From the human T2T-CHM13v2.0 reference genome, Homo sapiens, in the NCBI RefSeq assembly GCF_009914755.1, contig NC_060947.1: 64,000 nt of DNA; one strand, 5' to 3'. Within the stretch, counting starts at the first letter, position 1; every line of letters begins with the position of its first letter. The notes under the pieces are model-generated. The model worked only from the letters and a program-made list of their open reading frames with translations. It searched no databases and was not told the origin of the DNA. The translations under genes and the position numbers were made by a program. Below are positions 45,605 to 58,533 of this stretch, in pieces.

Positions 45605-48600
45605 TGTGAAAGGAAAGTATCTTCGGCACCCAAAATCACTAAGCTAAAAGGAAAATTCAAGCTGGGAACTGCTTAGGGCAAACCTGACTCCCATTATATT
45701 TAAAGTCATCCCTCTGCTCACTGAGACAAATGCATATCTGATTGCCTCCTTTGGAGGCTTTGTCAAGGGCAGGCATCCTCAACCTTGATAAAATAAGCTT
45801 TCTAAATTAACTGAGCCCTGTCTCAAATTTTCAGGTTCTCATTTGGTTACCATGAAGGGATTCTGAGTGGAGATGCCCCTGACATTTGACAAATCTCCTA
45901 TCGGTGCTTGGTACCAGCATGAGCTAACTTTATGGCTCAAATCAATAGGAAATTTTGCTGAGGTCTGAGAGAACACCCTCCAGAGAATCCCTGTTCTCCC
46001 CAGATTTGGTCAAGATCTAAAGTTTATTTTGCAGTACAACTCCACTTCCTTTTTGGAGTGTTACTTGCTTCCAACACAAGAAAGGCAAGTTTTTCCTGCT
46101 TCCATGACAATGGAAGGCAGATAACTCCTTTATGGAGTTTGAGCTCACTTCCAACAGGGAAGATAAGGGTTCTTTTTCTGCTTCTAAGGTGGTAGAGAGC
46201 AGTCTTCACCCTGAGACCCATCCCTAGGTAAGTAACTGAATTGGGGTTTGTCTTGGCTAAAGTTAAGATTAACAACCAGTTGATATTAATTTCTCTTTAC
46301 CATTAGAGCACTCCTCAATGATCATATTGCTGGGCTTTGTTGTTGTTTGTTCCAGTGTTTCTCCCAACAGATTTGACCTACTCTGCCTGACTTGGTCAAA
46401 TCCGAGTGAGAATTCCAAATTGTGTGTAACAAGTCCTCTCTAGTTTGGCTAAAATTCCTCACAGGTGCAAAAGGAAAAAAAAAAAAAAAAGGAGAAAATG
46501 GAAACCATGTGTTTGGTTTCTGTGTTTGCTTCTTGTCTTTAAAAAATTCCATAATTGTTATTTTCATTTACTTTTCTTTCACCCTATACCTCCTTCCCCA
46601 TTTGCCATCTGCAGTACCAAAAAATCTAGAAAGGGCTTCTAATGACTTGAACTCCTTTAAAGAATTCAGATTATTTTTAGGCCTAAACCTCTGTTTTCCT
46701 GTATTGCATGACCTGACCTTTTTGGCTTTTGCATTGTGAGAGGATTTGACCTTGGTATGTATGGTGGCACACAAGAGCTACAAAGTTATGGGTGACTGAG
46801 CACAGTTTACAGGAAGTTGTCTTGGCTGGTTTTTTTTTTTTTTTTTCTTTTTTCTTTCTTTTCTTTCCTAGGAAGTTGTTGTTTAAGGATCCTAATTCTT
46901 GTTCAGAGATGCATTCTAAAGGGTCTTCTCTATTGATTTTTCTCCCAGAATTAATCTTAATTCAATTTGTCTGTGCACATTTGCATGAGGAACTGAACTG
47001 TTGTTTTCATATGTTAATGACAGGCTGAGATTTCCTCAGCTCCAAAGAGAAAGGGCATTTGCTCCTCCAAGCTGAAAGGCACCCCTGGGTGATCAGGAGC
47101 CTTGTAGGAGTTTCTAGGGGGTTGACCTGCATGACATGCAGTGACCCTGTAGAGAAATCCCCAAGAAAAATAATTTTAAAAATGTCTCATCCAGGAAACA
47201 CATATAAGGGCTGATCATCTGGCATTTTGAGCCCTCTCAGAGGTTATAGACCTCTGGAGTGAAACTGAGACACGTAAGAGGGTGGAATTGACTCAGTTGT
47301 GACCAACTGTGGAGTCCTGCCCACAAGCAGCACATATTGATCCACAACACAAAACCCCTAGGCCACAGCTCAGTTTCTCCTTTTAAGAAAAAAAAAAAAA
47401 GTAGGAAATGAATAATCTAAGAATGAAGAGAAAATAAGGAGAATGACCCCGTTTTGAGCACTCTGTAAGTTTTATGGAACCTCTACTTACCAGAGTAAAA
47501 TGGAAGTAATATGGTTTTTGTGCATATTTACATTAAAGTAAAAGAGTCCCAAGGTTGACCTGCAGACTATAGAGTTTGTAGGTCCCAATTTTCTATATTT
47601 TTCTTTTCTGCCTGCTTTAAATCTGCCGTTATTTTCCACTGAAATAAAAACCACTGTTTGGATCTAACTTTTTTTTTTTTTTTTACAAGCTGGTGAATTT
47701 GTATTTATCTCATGGCTGAAGTAAAAGCTATAGAATCTTTGTGTGTGTAGTATGTGTGTATGTATATGTTTGTGTATATATTTGAAGGCCTTTATAATAG
47801 ACTACTATAATTTTATGTTCAATTGGCAATTAAATCCCTTTCAATTTCCCTCTAGCTCACCAGACAGTCTCTTTGTACCTTATAATGTAAATTTTGCTAT
47901 CTGATTTTCACCAGAATTGTTTCCTTTAATATGCAGATTTAGGGCTGTGAAGCTGACAACTGCCAGGGTAAGGAAACAAGTTATCAAGAGTTTGCAAGTT
48001 TAAGACAGGAAAAAAAAGAGGAGGTTTTGAAAATCTATAAGATGTACTTCTATTAGCATGCCTAATACATCTATGTATTTGTGTGTTGTGTACAAAATGT
48101 TTCACTACTGAAAATATATAAAGAGCTCTAATTAATTGGCTTAAGAAAATAAAAGCACTTGAATCAAATACTTTGTCAGGAAAAAAGAAAAGACTAGTCA
48201 AATACTTTTTCAAGTTTATGTAACTTAAAGTTTTTATTAAATAAGCTAGCTTTAAAATTATTGGTAAAGTAATATTAGAAATGTCTTAAGAATTGCCAGC
48301 ATACATTTTATTTGCATTTATTAATCAAGCGATTTCATACTTATTCCTGCCAAATACTGTAAGTTGTCAAAATTTGGCATAGGGATTGCAAAACTATAAA
48401 CCCAACCCTAAACAGAATAATATTTTCTTGTGTAGTTTTAATAAATAAGACTGATATTGGTTTATAAGATTGATATTGGTTTAATGAAAATAGCTGCATC
48501 TTGAATTTAGTAAGATTATCATAGCTTCTAATCCTGTGGCTTTAGGCAGTCTAGTTCCCTGGCAATAAGGTTTGTTTTCAGAAAGGACTGTTATCATATT

Positions 48601-51600
48601 CATTTCAAAGCTAAACTATAAACTAAGTTCCTCCCAAAGTTAGTTCAGCCTATGCCCAGGAATGAACAAGGACAGCTTGGAGGTTAAAAGCAAGATGGAG
48701 TCAGTTAGGTCAAATATTTTTCTCTGTCTCAGTTATAATTTTGCAATTGTTGTTCAATAACTTTAAATGATGACTATCACAGTTTTCCTAAATAATCTAT
48801 GTAAACAATTAAAATAAAATGAGTAAACATAATGGGATAAATACTTGTAGACAAACTTGTCATAACTTAGAATATACAGTTATATTAAATTAAATAATAG
48901 ATATTTCATTATTTGGGTATTTTCCAATAAAAATATATTATAGGAAAACATTCTTGCTAAAAAAGTGTGTACTTTTTAAAATGATGAAAACTTTTGTGTA
49001 ATTTGAACCTTATTTAAAGATTATATATAAAACAAGGAAAAGGAAGCAGGAAATAAGAGATGTAAAGAAAGTTATAAAAATAGAGAGGTTTTTTATGGAA
49101 GAAAGCTTAATGAGAAATAATTTTATATGAGAAAGAATCTTGTATGGTAAATTTAGACCTAAAATAAAATGACTAGTTGTTTTAGAAAGAGTGATATTCA
49201 GGATGAACCAGAAAGTTCCAGCATGTCATGAGTGGTCTGTGTAAGTCACAAAAGAGGATTTAAAAAAAAAAAAAAAACCCTTTTATATGATCAAGTTGTA
49301 TATAATTAAAGAAAAATTATAATGCTCTTTCTAGAGATTGGGCTTGATGTAAAAAAAAAAAAAAACACATACACTAAATCATTTGTTAGAACAATGAAAT
49401 TTTCTTAAGGGGTTGATTTACTCTTTATAAATTATAAGATATTTTAATTTCTTTTAACCAAAAGTTCAACTTTCATTGCATCTCACTGTTTTTCAGCTTT
49501 CTCTCACTCCCCTTTTAAAAGGTACATTTTCTTAAAGGTCTAAAGGAAATGTTTTCTTCCAACGTAATATTCTGTGCACTGCAGAAGGTCTTTTATTTTG
49601 CCTTTTGGTAACTGGACTAATATATTGTAAGTTTTATCAAAATAATTTCTATGCCATTATTATTACATTTGGTTTGCTTAGGAAAAAACTGAGATTTAAT
49701 TTTTTTAATTAATGTTATTACATTCATGTATCTTCCTTTATGTGCTTTTAATGTCCTTGTGACATTGAGTTACAGGGCTTTGACTCCTGGGTGTAAAAAG
49801 TGCACCAAGTCTTGCTAGATCTTAAACACTGAGAGCAATTAAAGTCTCATCTTCAGGCCCTGTAGAAGATGCCAACCAAAATAAACTGTATTCCTGAGAT
49901 ACAGGCCAAAAATTCAAGCTATGTCAACTCAAGACCCAGAGACTATCATGGAAAAGTTGGACATGGAAGATTGTAAGGGCTGATTTTGAAAGATAAAATA
50001 AATTCAGTTTCACTATAAATTAATCATTAATGTCAGAGACACAATGATGCAAAACCAGCATATGGGCCCCTGTGTCAAATTAACAAGGTTTTCTTGAAGC
50101 ATTAACCAACTCCTTAATAAAGGTTATAAAGGCTTATGGAGGTTATATCTGATGGTCAAAAATTAAAATTTTATAGATTGTTTATAAAATTTTGAGAAAC
50201 AAATTTAATCGGCTTCATGCTGTTATTAGGAGTTATTTTGAAAATCAAGTCTCCTCTCACAACAGATAATGTTTTTTGCCTTTTTTTTTGAAACCCTTGA
50301 GTTATCACTTTGGTGATTCATTGAGAATGACATATTTTACAATGACATGTGATTCTATTTTGTAATATCAAGTGTTTTAAACCTTTTATATTTGACAAGG
50401 TTTCCAAAATGAAATGATAGATTATGTATTTTTGGACCTGATTAATTCTTCAAGATATTATGTTCCCTAAAGTTCAAAAATGACATAATTTGACTTATTT
50501 GGTACAAAAAATATACAGGAAGCATTGTCAAATATGAAATTGTGTTTGGTTTTCTTTGGGGTGTATTTGTATAAATATGTTATTGGTATGTTTTCCAAAA
50601 TTATGGGAAACTCCTGTAATTCTGATATGATTTAGTGTTCATTATCGGTAATAATAATAATTGTTATGTTAAAATTATTGTGTGCCACAGAAATAACACA
50701 TTTCATTGTCAATTGTGTCTTTGAGTATGGCTGCCCTAAAATTTTTGTTATCCATAGACAATTGTCATGTTGTTTTGGTCTTCTTTAGAAGGTAGTTTTA
50801 TAATTAGCTATAAAGTTCTTAACAAGTGCTCTTGAATGCAGGTTTCTGATAACTTTGGAGACTGTGACATGAGAATAAACAGTTTCAGGACTCATGGAGA
50901 GCTAAAACTTTAATGACTATCAAGCAAAACAGGAATTAATGGCATGGACTGGACTAATCTTTTTGACTTTTCACTAAAAATGTTGCTGATCCTTTGTTTG
51001 GTTTTTTAGTCTCGAAACTTTTCTTTAAAGCTATTGACAGCTTTTAACAATTTAGTATGTTCCGCTGAACAAAATTTGGAGCATATTTTTTTCTCTCTAC
51101 CTGATTTCTCCAGGATTTGGAAACTATTTTTAAGTATTCTTAACTTATGACAATACAATTATTTGCATAAAGAATCTGTTTTCATTTGCAACAGGACACA
51201 ATTGGAGAAGCTGATTATTTTACCAGGGCTTTGACTGGAATAGTGTGCTTTACTTTAAGGAATCAAAACTGCCCTCATACCTTTGTCTACACAACCCTTG
51301 TACAGGGTTTCTGACCTGTGGTAGTTAAAGAATGCCACTTTCTGACAGGTCCAGGAGCCCCAGGTTTATCTTGGAACCTCAAGAGGAGAGGAAACTTACC
51401 CAACTTATAGGTATTTGATGATACAAATCCATGGCTGGGCTCAGCTTAAAAAGTTTTATCTGAGGAAGAGGCTCCACATTGGGTGGGGATGGGGCCCAAA
51501 ACTGTCTGGGTGTGAGCTGGGGAGCAGAAACCACCTGTCCCTCTCATTCCCCAGGACTTCTGTGACTCCTGGGCCACAGAGGTCCGATCAGGCTAAGGGC

Positions 51601-54600
51601 TTGGGCATACCCCCTGCCTGGCCTCCTTGCCCAAACTGACAGAGGGGCCAGGCTGAGCAGCAGCCCCTCTCTTACCTCAGCTATGAATCTCCTGCCCCCC
51701 AAGTCCAAGTGCAATCCACTGTGGAATGAGTCTCTGTCATCGCTGGAGGAGGGGCCTTCAGGGTCCACCCCACCAGAGGAGCTGCCTTCCCCATCAGCCT
51801 CATCCCTGGGGCCCATCCTGCCCCCTCTGCCTGGGAACCATAGTCCCACTACCCTGTGCTCCTTCTTCCCCTGGATGAGCAACCTGAGGCTGGCCAATTG
51901 GGCCGGGGGACACCTGGGGCCTAATGGGGAGCCAGGAAGGGCAGCCAATGATGGGGAGGGCATTGTAGGGGCAACCATGCCAGACTCATTCCCCTACCCC
52001 TCCTCCAGGACATGAACAAGCTGAGTGGAGGTGGTGGGTGCAGGACTCAGGTGGAAGGGGGCCAGCTGGGGGGTGAGGAGTGGACCCGCCATGGGAGCTT
52101 TGTCAATAAGCCCATGTGGGGCTAGCTGCATCCCAATGACAAAGTCACGAGACCTGGGGTTTCCTACTTGGTTTGGTACATGGGCTGTGTGGAGGTCCTG
52201 CAGTCAATGAGTGCCCTGGACTTCAACACCTGGACTCAGGTCACCAGGGAGGCCATCAGTTTTGTGTGTGAGGCTGTGCCAGGTGCCAAGGGGGTGACAA
52301 GGAGGAGAAAGCCCTGTAACCATCCACTCAGCTCTATCTTGGGAAGGAGTAACCTGAAATTTGCTGCAATGACAATCACTCTCACCATCTCCACCAGCAG
52401 CCTCAACGTCATGGTTGCAGACTGCAAACAGATTATCACTAACCACCATATGCAATCTATCTCACTTGCATCCAGTGGGGATCCGGACACAGCCAAGTAT
52501 GTCGCCAACGTTGCCAAAGACCCTGTGAGTCAGAAAGCATGCCACATTCTGGAGTGTCCTGAAGGGCTTGCTCAGGATGTCATCAGCACCACTGGCCAGG
52601 CCTTCAAGTTGCACTTTAAACAATACCTCAGAAAACCACCCAAACTGGTCACCCCCCATGACAGGATGACTGGCTTTGATGGCTTAGCTTGGGATGAGGA
52701 GGAGGAAGAGCCGCCTGGCCATCAGCACTATAATGACTTCCTGGGAAGGAATCCCCTCTTTGGCATGTGGTATACATGAGGCTTCGGGAAGGAGCCACTC
52801 CAGGGGCTGCTCGACCCACTCCACCCAGTGCCCAGACCCCCAGCCACTTGGGATCTACACTGCCTGTAGGACAGTCTGTTGGGGGAGATCCAGAAGTTTG
52901 CAAATAGATGCCACCTCCACCACCCTGTCCAGGCAGAGAGCTCTTTGATGATCCCTCCAATGTCAACGTGCAGAACCTAGACAAGGCCCGGCAAGCAGGG
53001 GGTGGTGCTGGGACCCCCAATCCTGCCATCAATGGCAGCACACCCTGAGACCTGTTTGACATGAAGCCCTTTGAAGACACTCTTCACATGCCTCCTCTTC
53101 CCCAGTTGGTGTCCATGGCTAAGCAGCTCTGAGGGGACCCTGGTTCCAAGGGAAGCTGAGCTAGCAGGGGGCTGAGGCACTGCTGCAGTTCAATGGGGAC
53201 TTCCTGGTGCAGGAGAGCATGACCACACCTGGCCAGTATGTGCTCACTGGCTTGCAGAGTGGGGAGTCCAAGCATCTGCTACTGGTGGACCCTGAGGGTG
53301 TAGTTCGGACAAAGGATCACCGCTTTGAGAGTGTCAGTCACCTCATCAGCTACCACATGGACAATCACTTGCCCATCACCTCTGCTGGCAGTGAATTGTG
53401 TCTACAGCAACCTGTGGAGCAGAAACTGTGATCTGCCCCAGCGCTCTCTTCCAGAAGATGCCCTCCAACCCCTTTCCACCCTATTCCCTAACTCTCAGGA
53501 CCTCAGTTGGGAGTGTTCTGTGGGCATGGCTTTGTGTCAGAGCTGGGAGTAGTGTGGACACTGGGTTTCATATCCAGCTGAGTGAGAGGGTTTGAGTCAG
53601 AAACTTGGGGGAGAATACTGCTTCTCCCCAAGCATTAATCAATCATCAAAGTATTAATGTACAGAGTGGCCCCTTACCTGGGCCTTTTCTGTGCCAACCT
53701 GATGTCCCTTCCCCAAGAAGGTGAGTGCTTGTCATGGAAAATGTCCTGTGGTGATAGGCCCAGTGGAACAGTCACCCTTCTGGGCAAGGGGGAACGAATC
53801 ACACCTCTGGGTTTCAGGGTACTCCAGACCCCTCTCAACACCCCCACCCCCATGTTTAAACTTTGTGCCTTTGACCATCTCTTAGGTCTGAAGATATTTT
53901 ATGCAAAGAGTTTTTGGGACCTTGAGTTCAATGACAGGGATGCCAACACCTTCTTGGTTTCTGGGACCTGTCTTCTCCTTGCTCAGCACCCTCTCCAGTT
54001 TGGGTTGGGAGAACAGAGGCAGGAGTGGCAGCTGTCTCCTCTCCCTGGGGATATGTAACCCTTAGAGATTGCCCCAGGGCCCTCTCCTGGCCAGGGAGGA
54101 GATGGATCCCTCCCTTGCTCAGTGCCTCCTGGCCGGGGGGGGGGTGCCCTCACCCCAAGGCGTGTGTATATACATTTCATAAGGCCCACCCTCCCATGTT
54201 GCATGCCTATTGTACTCTACAGCCAAAGTGTAGCCCTCCCTCCTGGAGCCTCTGCCCTGCTTCCCTTTCTGGGAGGGGGGTGGGGGTGACTGAATTTGGG
54301 CCTCTTGTACAGTTAATGCTCCCAGGTGGATTTTGTGGAGGTAGGAAAAGGGGCATTGAGACTCTAAAGCAGTAGACAATCCCCAAATACTATCTGTAGA
54401 GTTGGAACTGCATTCTTTTAAAATTTTATATGCATATATTTTAGGGCTGTAGACTTACTTTTCTAATTTTGTTTTCCATGGCTTATTCTTGAGCACAAAA
54501 TGATAATCAATTATTACATTTATACATCACCTTTTTGACTTTTCTGAGCCCTTTTACAGCTCTTGGCATTTTCCTCACCCAGGCCTGTGAGGTAACTGGG

Positions 54601-56181
54601 ACCGGCAGCATTATCTTTTATACCAGAGACCTGAGGCAGATGAAATTGATTTCCAGCTAGGACTAGAAAACCTTGGGCCTCTTACTGCGAGGCTGAGAGG
54701 CAGAAGTTTGCCTGAATGCCTGTCAGTTTCACGGATGATAAATGCAAACCTACAATTAATGAGTACCTTCTACAGGCCTGGAACAGCCTAGGCCTGGAGT
54801 GGCCACACCACAGCAAACAGACCCCGCTCTTTTGGCCTTGTGGTTAATGGAGAGTTCACTGTTTTCATCCTGCCCTCCTTTTGTTGTTGTTTGGATGTTT
54901 CCATGGTCTCACTTATACCAAAAGGAAAACTCTTCATTAAAGTCCGTATTTCTTCTTAAAGAAATAAAAAAAAAAAAAGTTTTATCTGAGATTCCTTCTA
55001 TGGAACAAAGTTTCATCAAAGTCAACCCAAGTCTATGTAAAAAATAATTATTCTTGCTGCACTGTATACAAATAATTAGGCCAAGTATAATAAAGCTAAC
55101 CAGTCCTACCATAATTTGTCTTTAGTTAAAATGGAAAACTGAAGAGAGAAAAGTTCTGTTTCAAAAACTGTAGTACACTTGTTGTTAGAGTCTAGCCTTG
55201 CCTAATTTTTTTAATTTTTATTATTTTCTACAGTTTGAACCAAATTCTAATTTTTCTTGACTATAAAACTGCAAAATAATGCTTTTATTTTTTTCCTTTT
55301 TCCCCATTTTTCCTAATTTGAAATTACTGAAAACTAAGCTGTGCTTTCATAAAGCCATGAATACTGAAGCTAGAAAACTTAACTTCAGAAGAAAATAATA
55401 GTCCTATATACATACATAAGTGACTTTCATATCTGGCTACTGATGTATGAACTTCAGACTATGTGGCCTATATCGATTTTCCAGGATTGTTCTTTTGTTT
55501 GTTGTTGTTTTCCTCCCTTTTTTACCCCTATTTTCTTTTCACAGGACATGAGACTTCAAAACCTTCTAAAAATGAGCTTTCCTAATAACTTGGGGCCTAC
55601 CTTTCTAGGAATAAAACATCCTAGCCATAAGAGATCAGATGAAACTGGAGACCAAAGACTCATTTTCTTTTAATATGCTTTCTCTAAAAGATTTTTCAAA
55701 AGAAAAGGGGGAAAATGTGAAAGAAAAATATCTTGGGCCCCCAAAATCACTGAGCTAAAAGGAAAATTTAAGCTGGGAACTGCTTAGGGCAAAACTGCCT
55801 CCCATTCTATTAAAAGTCATCTCTCTGCTCATTGAGATGACTGCATATCTGATTGTCTCCTTGGAAAGGCTAATTAGAAACTCACAATAATGAAACTATT
55901 TTCTCTCATCTACCTGTGACTTGGAAGCCCCCTCTCTGCTTTGAGTTGCCCCACTTTTACTTCAAGTTGTCTCACCTTTCTGGATAGACCAATGTTCATT
56001 TTACATATATTGACTGATGTCTCATGTCTCCCTAAAATGTATAAAACCAACCTGTGCTCTGACCACCTTGGGTGCATGTTATCAGGACTTCCTGAGGCTG
56101 TGTCATGGACAAGCATCCTCATCTTGGCAAAATAAACTTTCTAAATTAACTGAGACCTGTTTCAAATTTTCAGGTTTCATA
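45605..56181 (+). mobile_element. MER4A-type non-autonomous ERV1 provirus (5' LTR 45605-45841, internal region, 3' LTR 55716-56181)
   Basis: Direct-repeat LTRs starting tgtgaaag; PBS-like tggttaccatgaaggga after the 5' LTR (resembles the complement of a tRNA-Arg 3' end); polypurine tract aaaagaaaagggggaaaa before the 3' LTR; AT-rich non-coding interior. Confidence 0.88.
51465..54973 (+). pseudogene. SHC1P1: Processed pseudogene of p66 SHC1 (5'UTR, disrupted CDS 51683-53431, full 3'UTR, poly(A))
   Basis: Intronless CH2 (MNLLPPK...PEELPSPSASSLG), PTB ([11 protein letters not shown]...), CH1 and SH2 (...[11 protein letters not shown]) regions. Frameshift near 51990; stops at 52123, 52905 and further on. 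ATTAAA at 54936-54941, poly(A), and a perfect TSD AAAAAGTTTTATCTGAG at 51448-51464 and 54974-54990 at a TT/AAAA site. Confidence 0.96.
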
Positions 56182-56444
56182 AGATAAAGCATTGTATGAG
56201 TGCTTTAGGGTTCATAAAAGACTTTTATTATTTATTAATTCAACAAATATTCATTGAGTGCCTATTATATACTTAGTGTGAAGAGATAAATTACAGTATT
56301 ATGTAGTAAGTGATATTAGAAAATGTATTTATTTATTCTTTCAAATATTTACTGAGTGTTGACTATGTTTCAAGCACTGTTGCAAGCACTGACAACACAA
56401 TAGTAAGCAAAATAGGAGAAAAAAAACAAACCCTGCTGTCATGG

Positions 56445-56933
56445 TGTAGCAGGATGAGCCACGGACAAAACACCACAGACACTGAGGTAGTAAAGGAAGT
56501 AGCTTTAATCAGCTGGAAGCATCCGCAGACTAACGTCTCAAAATCTGAGCTTCTTGAGTGCACAATTTCTGTCCCTTTTAAGGGCTCACAACGCTAAAGA
56601 TTTTACATGAAAGGGCCATAATCGATTGAGCAATCTAGGGGGTAAGTGACAGGGGCTGCATGCACCAGTAATCAGAGTGAAACAGAACAGAATGGGAAGT
56701 TTCACAATGTCCTTCCATACAATGTCTGGAATCTATGGATAACATTGGTTGCTAGGTCATTGGTTGAATTTTAACTACCAGGTTAGGTCAGGCAGGCCCA
56801 GGCCTGAATTTGGGTCTGGTGCCTGGTGCCAGGCTGCCTGCCTTTGGTTTCGCTTCCTTGTTTCTTCTTAAAATAGGTACTGAGTATAAAATACTATAAA
56901 ACAATATGGGGGGTCTCTTTGTCTCTTCTCTCA
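56445..56933 (-). mobile_element. ERV1 solo LTR (LTR15-like) inserted in L2
   Basis: tgtagcagga...tctctca termini with a 4-bp TSD ATGG; L2 sequence on both sides. Confidence 0.7.
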
Positions 56934-57114
56934 ATGGAACTTACATTTTAACCTGGGAGATAGATAGTACACAAAATAAATGAAATACACAATGTGTCAG
57001 ATGATGATGAGTTCCAAGAAAGAAAGAAAGAAAAAAAAAGAAACAGAAAAGGTAAACAGGGAGTACTGGAGCAGAGTGGGGGAAGTTTTACAATTTTAAA
57101 TGTTGGAGTTAAGG

Positions 57115-57568
57115 AGTGCCTTACCTATATCTTATGCTGAGTCAGCTCCTGGGTGGAGGCCACAGGACTAGTTGGTGCGTCCTGGTGGTGAAGGCATCCA
57201 GTTGTCAAAAATGCAAAAATCTGAAAAGACATCTCAAAAGGCAGTTCTTGGGTTCTATAATAGTGATGTTACCTTCAAGAGTAATTGAGGAAGTTGAAAA
57301 TCTTATGACCTCCAGAATAATGACTGGCAATTATTTAAAATTCAGGTTTCCCTCACTCTCCTAACTTGGTGTCCTTTCACTAGTTTTAAACAGTTTAGTT
57401 TTTGCGAAAGGTTTTTATCATTTAAACTATAAACTAAATTTATCCCAAAGTTAGCTTGGCCCACACCCAGGAATGAGCAAAGACAGCCAACTTGTGAGGC
57501 TAGACACAAGATGGAGTCAGCTATGTCAGATTTCTCTTACTGTCATATTTTTGCAAAGGCAGTTTCAA
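57115..57568 (-). mobile_element. LTR8-related ERV1 LTR fragment
   Basis: Ends gcaaaggcagtttca (sense tgaaactgcctttgc); contains aaactataaactaaatt...cccaaagttagcttggcc. Confidence 0.65.
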
Positions 57569-57925
57569 TAACACCAGGGTTTCAGACCTTAACAACTGGA
57601 GGAATTTTTCATTTGCTAAAATGGACAAGAAAGCAGGGGAAATTTTGTGGTGGGGAGCATGAGGGGATTTTAGATTGGGAGGTCAGTTTAAGTCATGCTA
57701 AGTTTAAGATGACTATTAGACATCCAAATGAAAATAAAAAATTTTAAATAGGCAGTTGGTTATACAAGTCTGCTATATAGGTTTTGCATCCAGAAGATAT
57801 GTCTGGATTGGAGATATCAATTTGGGAGCTTTCAGAATATATATGGTATTTAAAATCACAAGAATGGATGAAGTTAACAAAGATGTGAGTGCAGACAGAG
57901 AAGCCACATGGTTAGTCTGTGGCAG

Positions 57926-58520
57926 TGATATAGGAGCTAAGAATAAATTACTTAGGCAGATAGTAAGGGTATGGGAATCCTTGGTAAGGCTTTTCTTTTT
58001 AATGAAAAGCAGCCCCAAGTTATTTTCCTTTTTAACAAAGAGCAGCCTGTAAAATTGAGCTACAGACATAGATACCAGAAGTTGTGCCAATCATGTTCAA
58101 GATGGCGCCTCCATCTTCCCTTCTCTTTGTTAGCGACGTGTACAGTAAGAAGCAGACAAGATGGTGCCAATCAACTGGAATGCTCATTTGCATAATAAGA
58201 TTAGGGTGGGGCAACCAGCCTTCCCCACCCACTATGTAGACATCATAACTGATCGAACCAATCTATGAGCCCCATGTAAATCAGACACCACCTCCTCAAA
58301 CTGGACTATAAAACTCAGCGCATTCACACCAGCGAGTTCTTTTTTCCACTCTGACGTTCTCTTTTGGGCTTTCTCAACATGAGGTAGCTTTTTCTCTCTC
58401 TTTTATTTTTCTATTAAACCCTTCTGCTCTAAACCCACTCCTCATGTGTGTCTGTGTCCTGAATTCCTTCTCGACTGACCGAGAGCCAGGGTATATACCC
58501 CAGACAACAGAGTCATTTCA
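57926..58520 (+). mobile_element. LTR9/MER61-family ERV1 solo LTR
   Basis: tgatataggag...catttca termini with a 4-bp TSD GCAG; CCAAT, TATAAAA and ATTAAA in LTR order. Confidence 0.75.
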
Positions 58521-58533
58521 GCAGGACTGAAAT

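Noticed and set aside
45842-51447. gag/pol/env coding capacity in the provirus interior
   Set aside because: AT-rich, no long ORFs and no retroviral protein motifs; consistent with non-autonomous MER4-int.
52168-52779. 203-aa PTB-domain ORF as a functional SHC gene
   Set aside because: It starts at TTG after an in-frame TAG, the p46 ATG is mutated, it ends through a frameshift, and the locus has retrocopy hallmarks.
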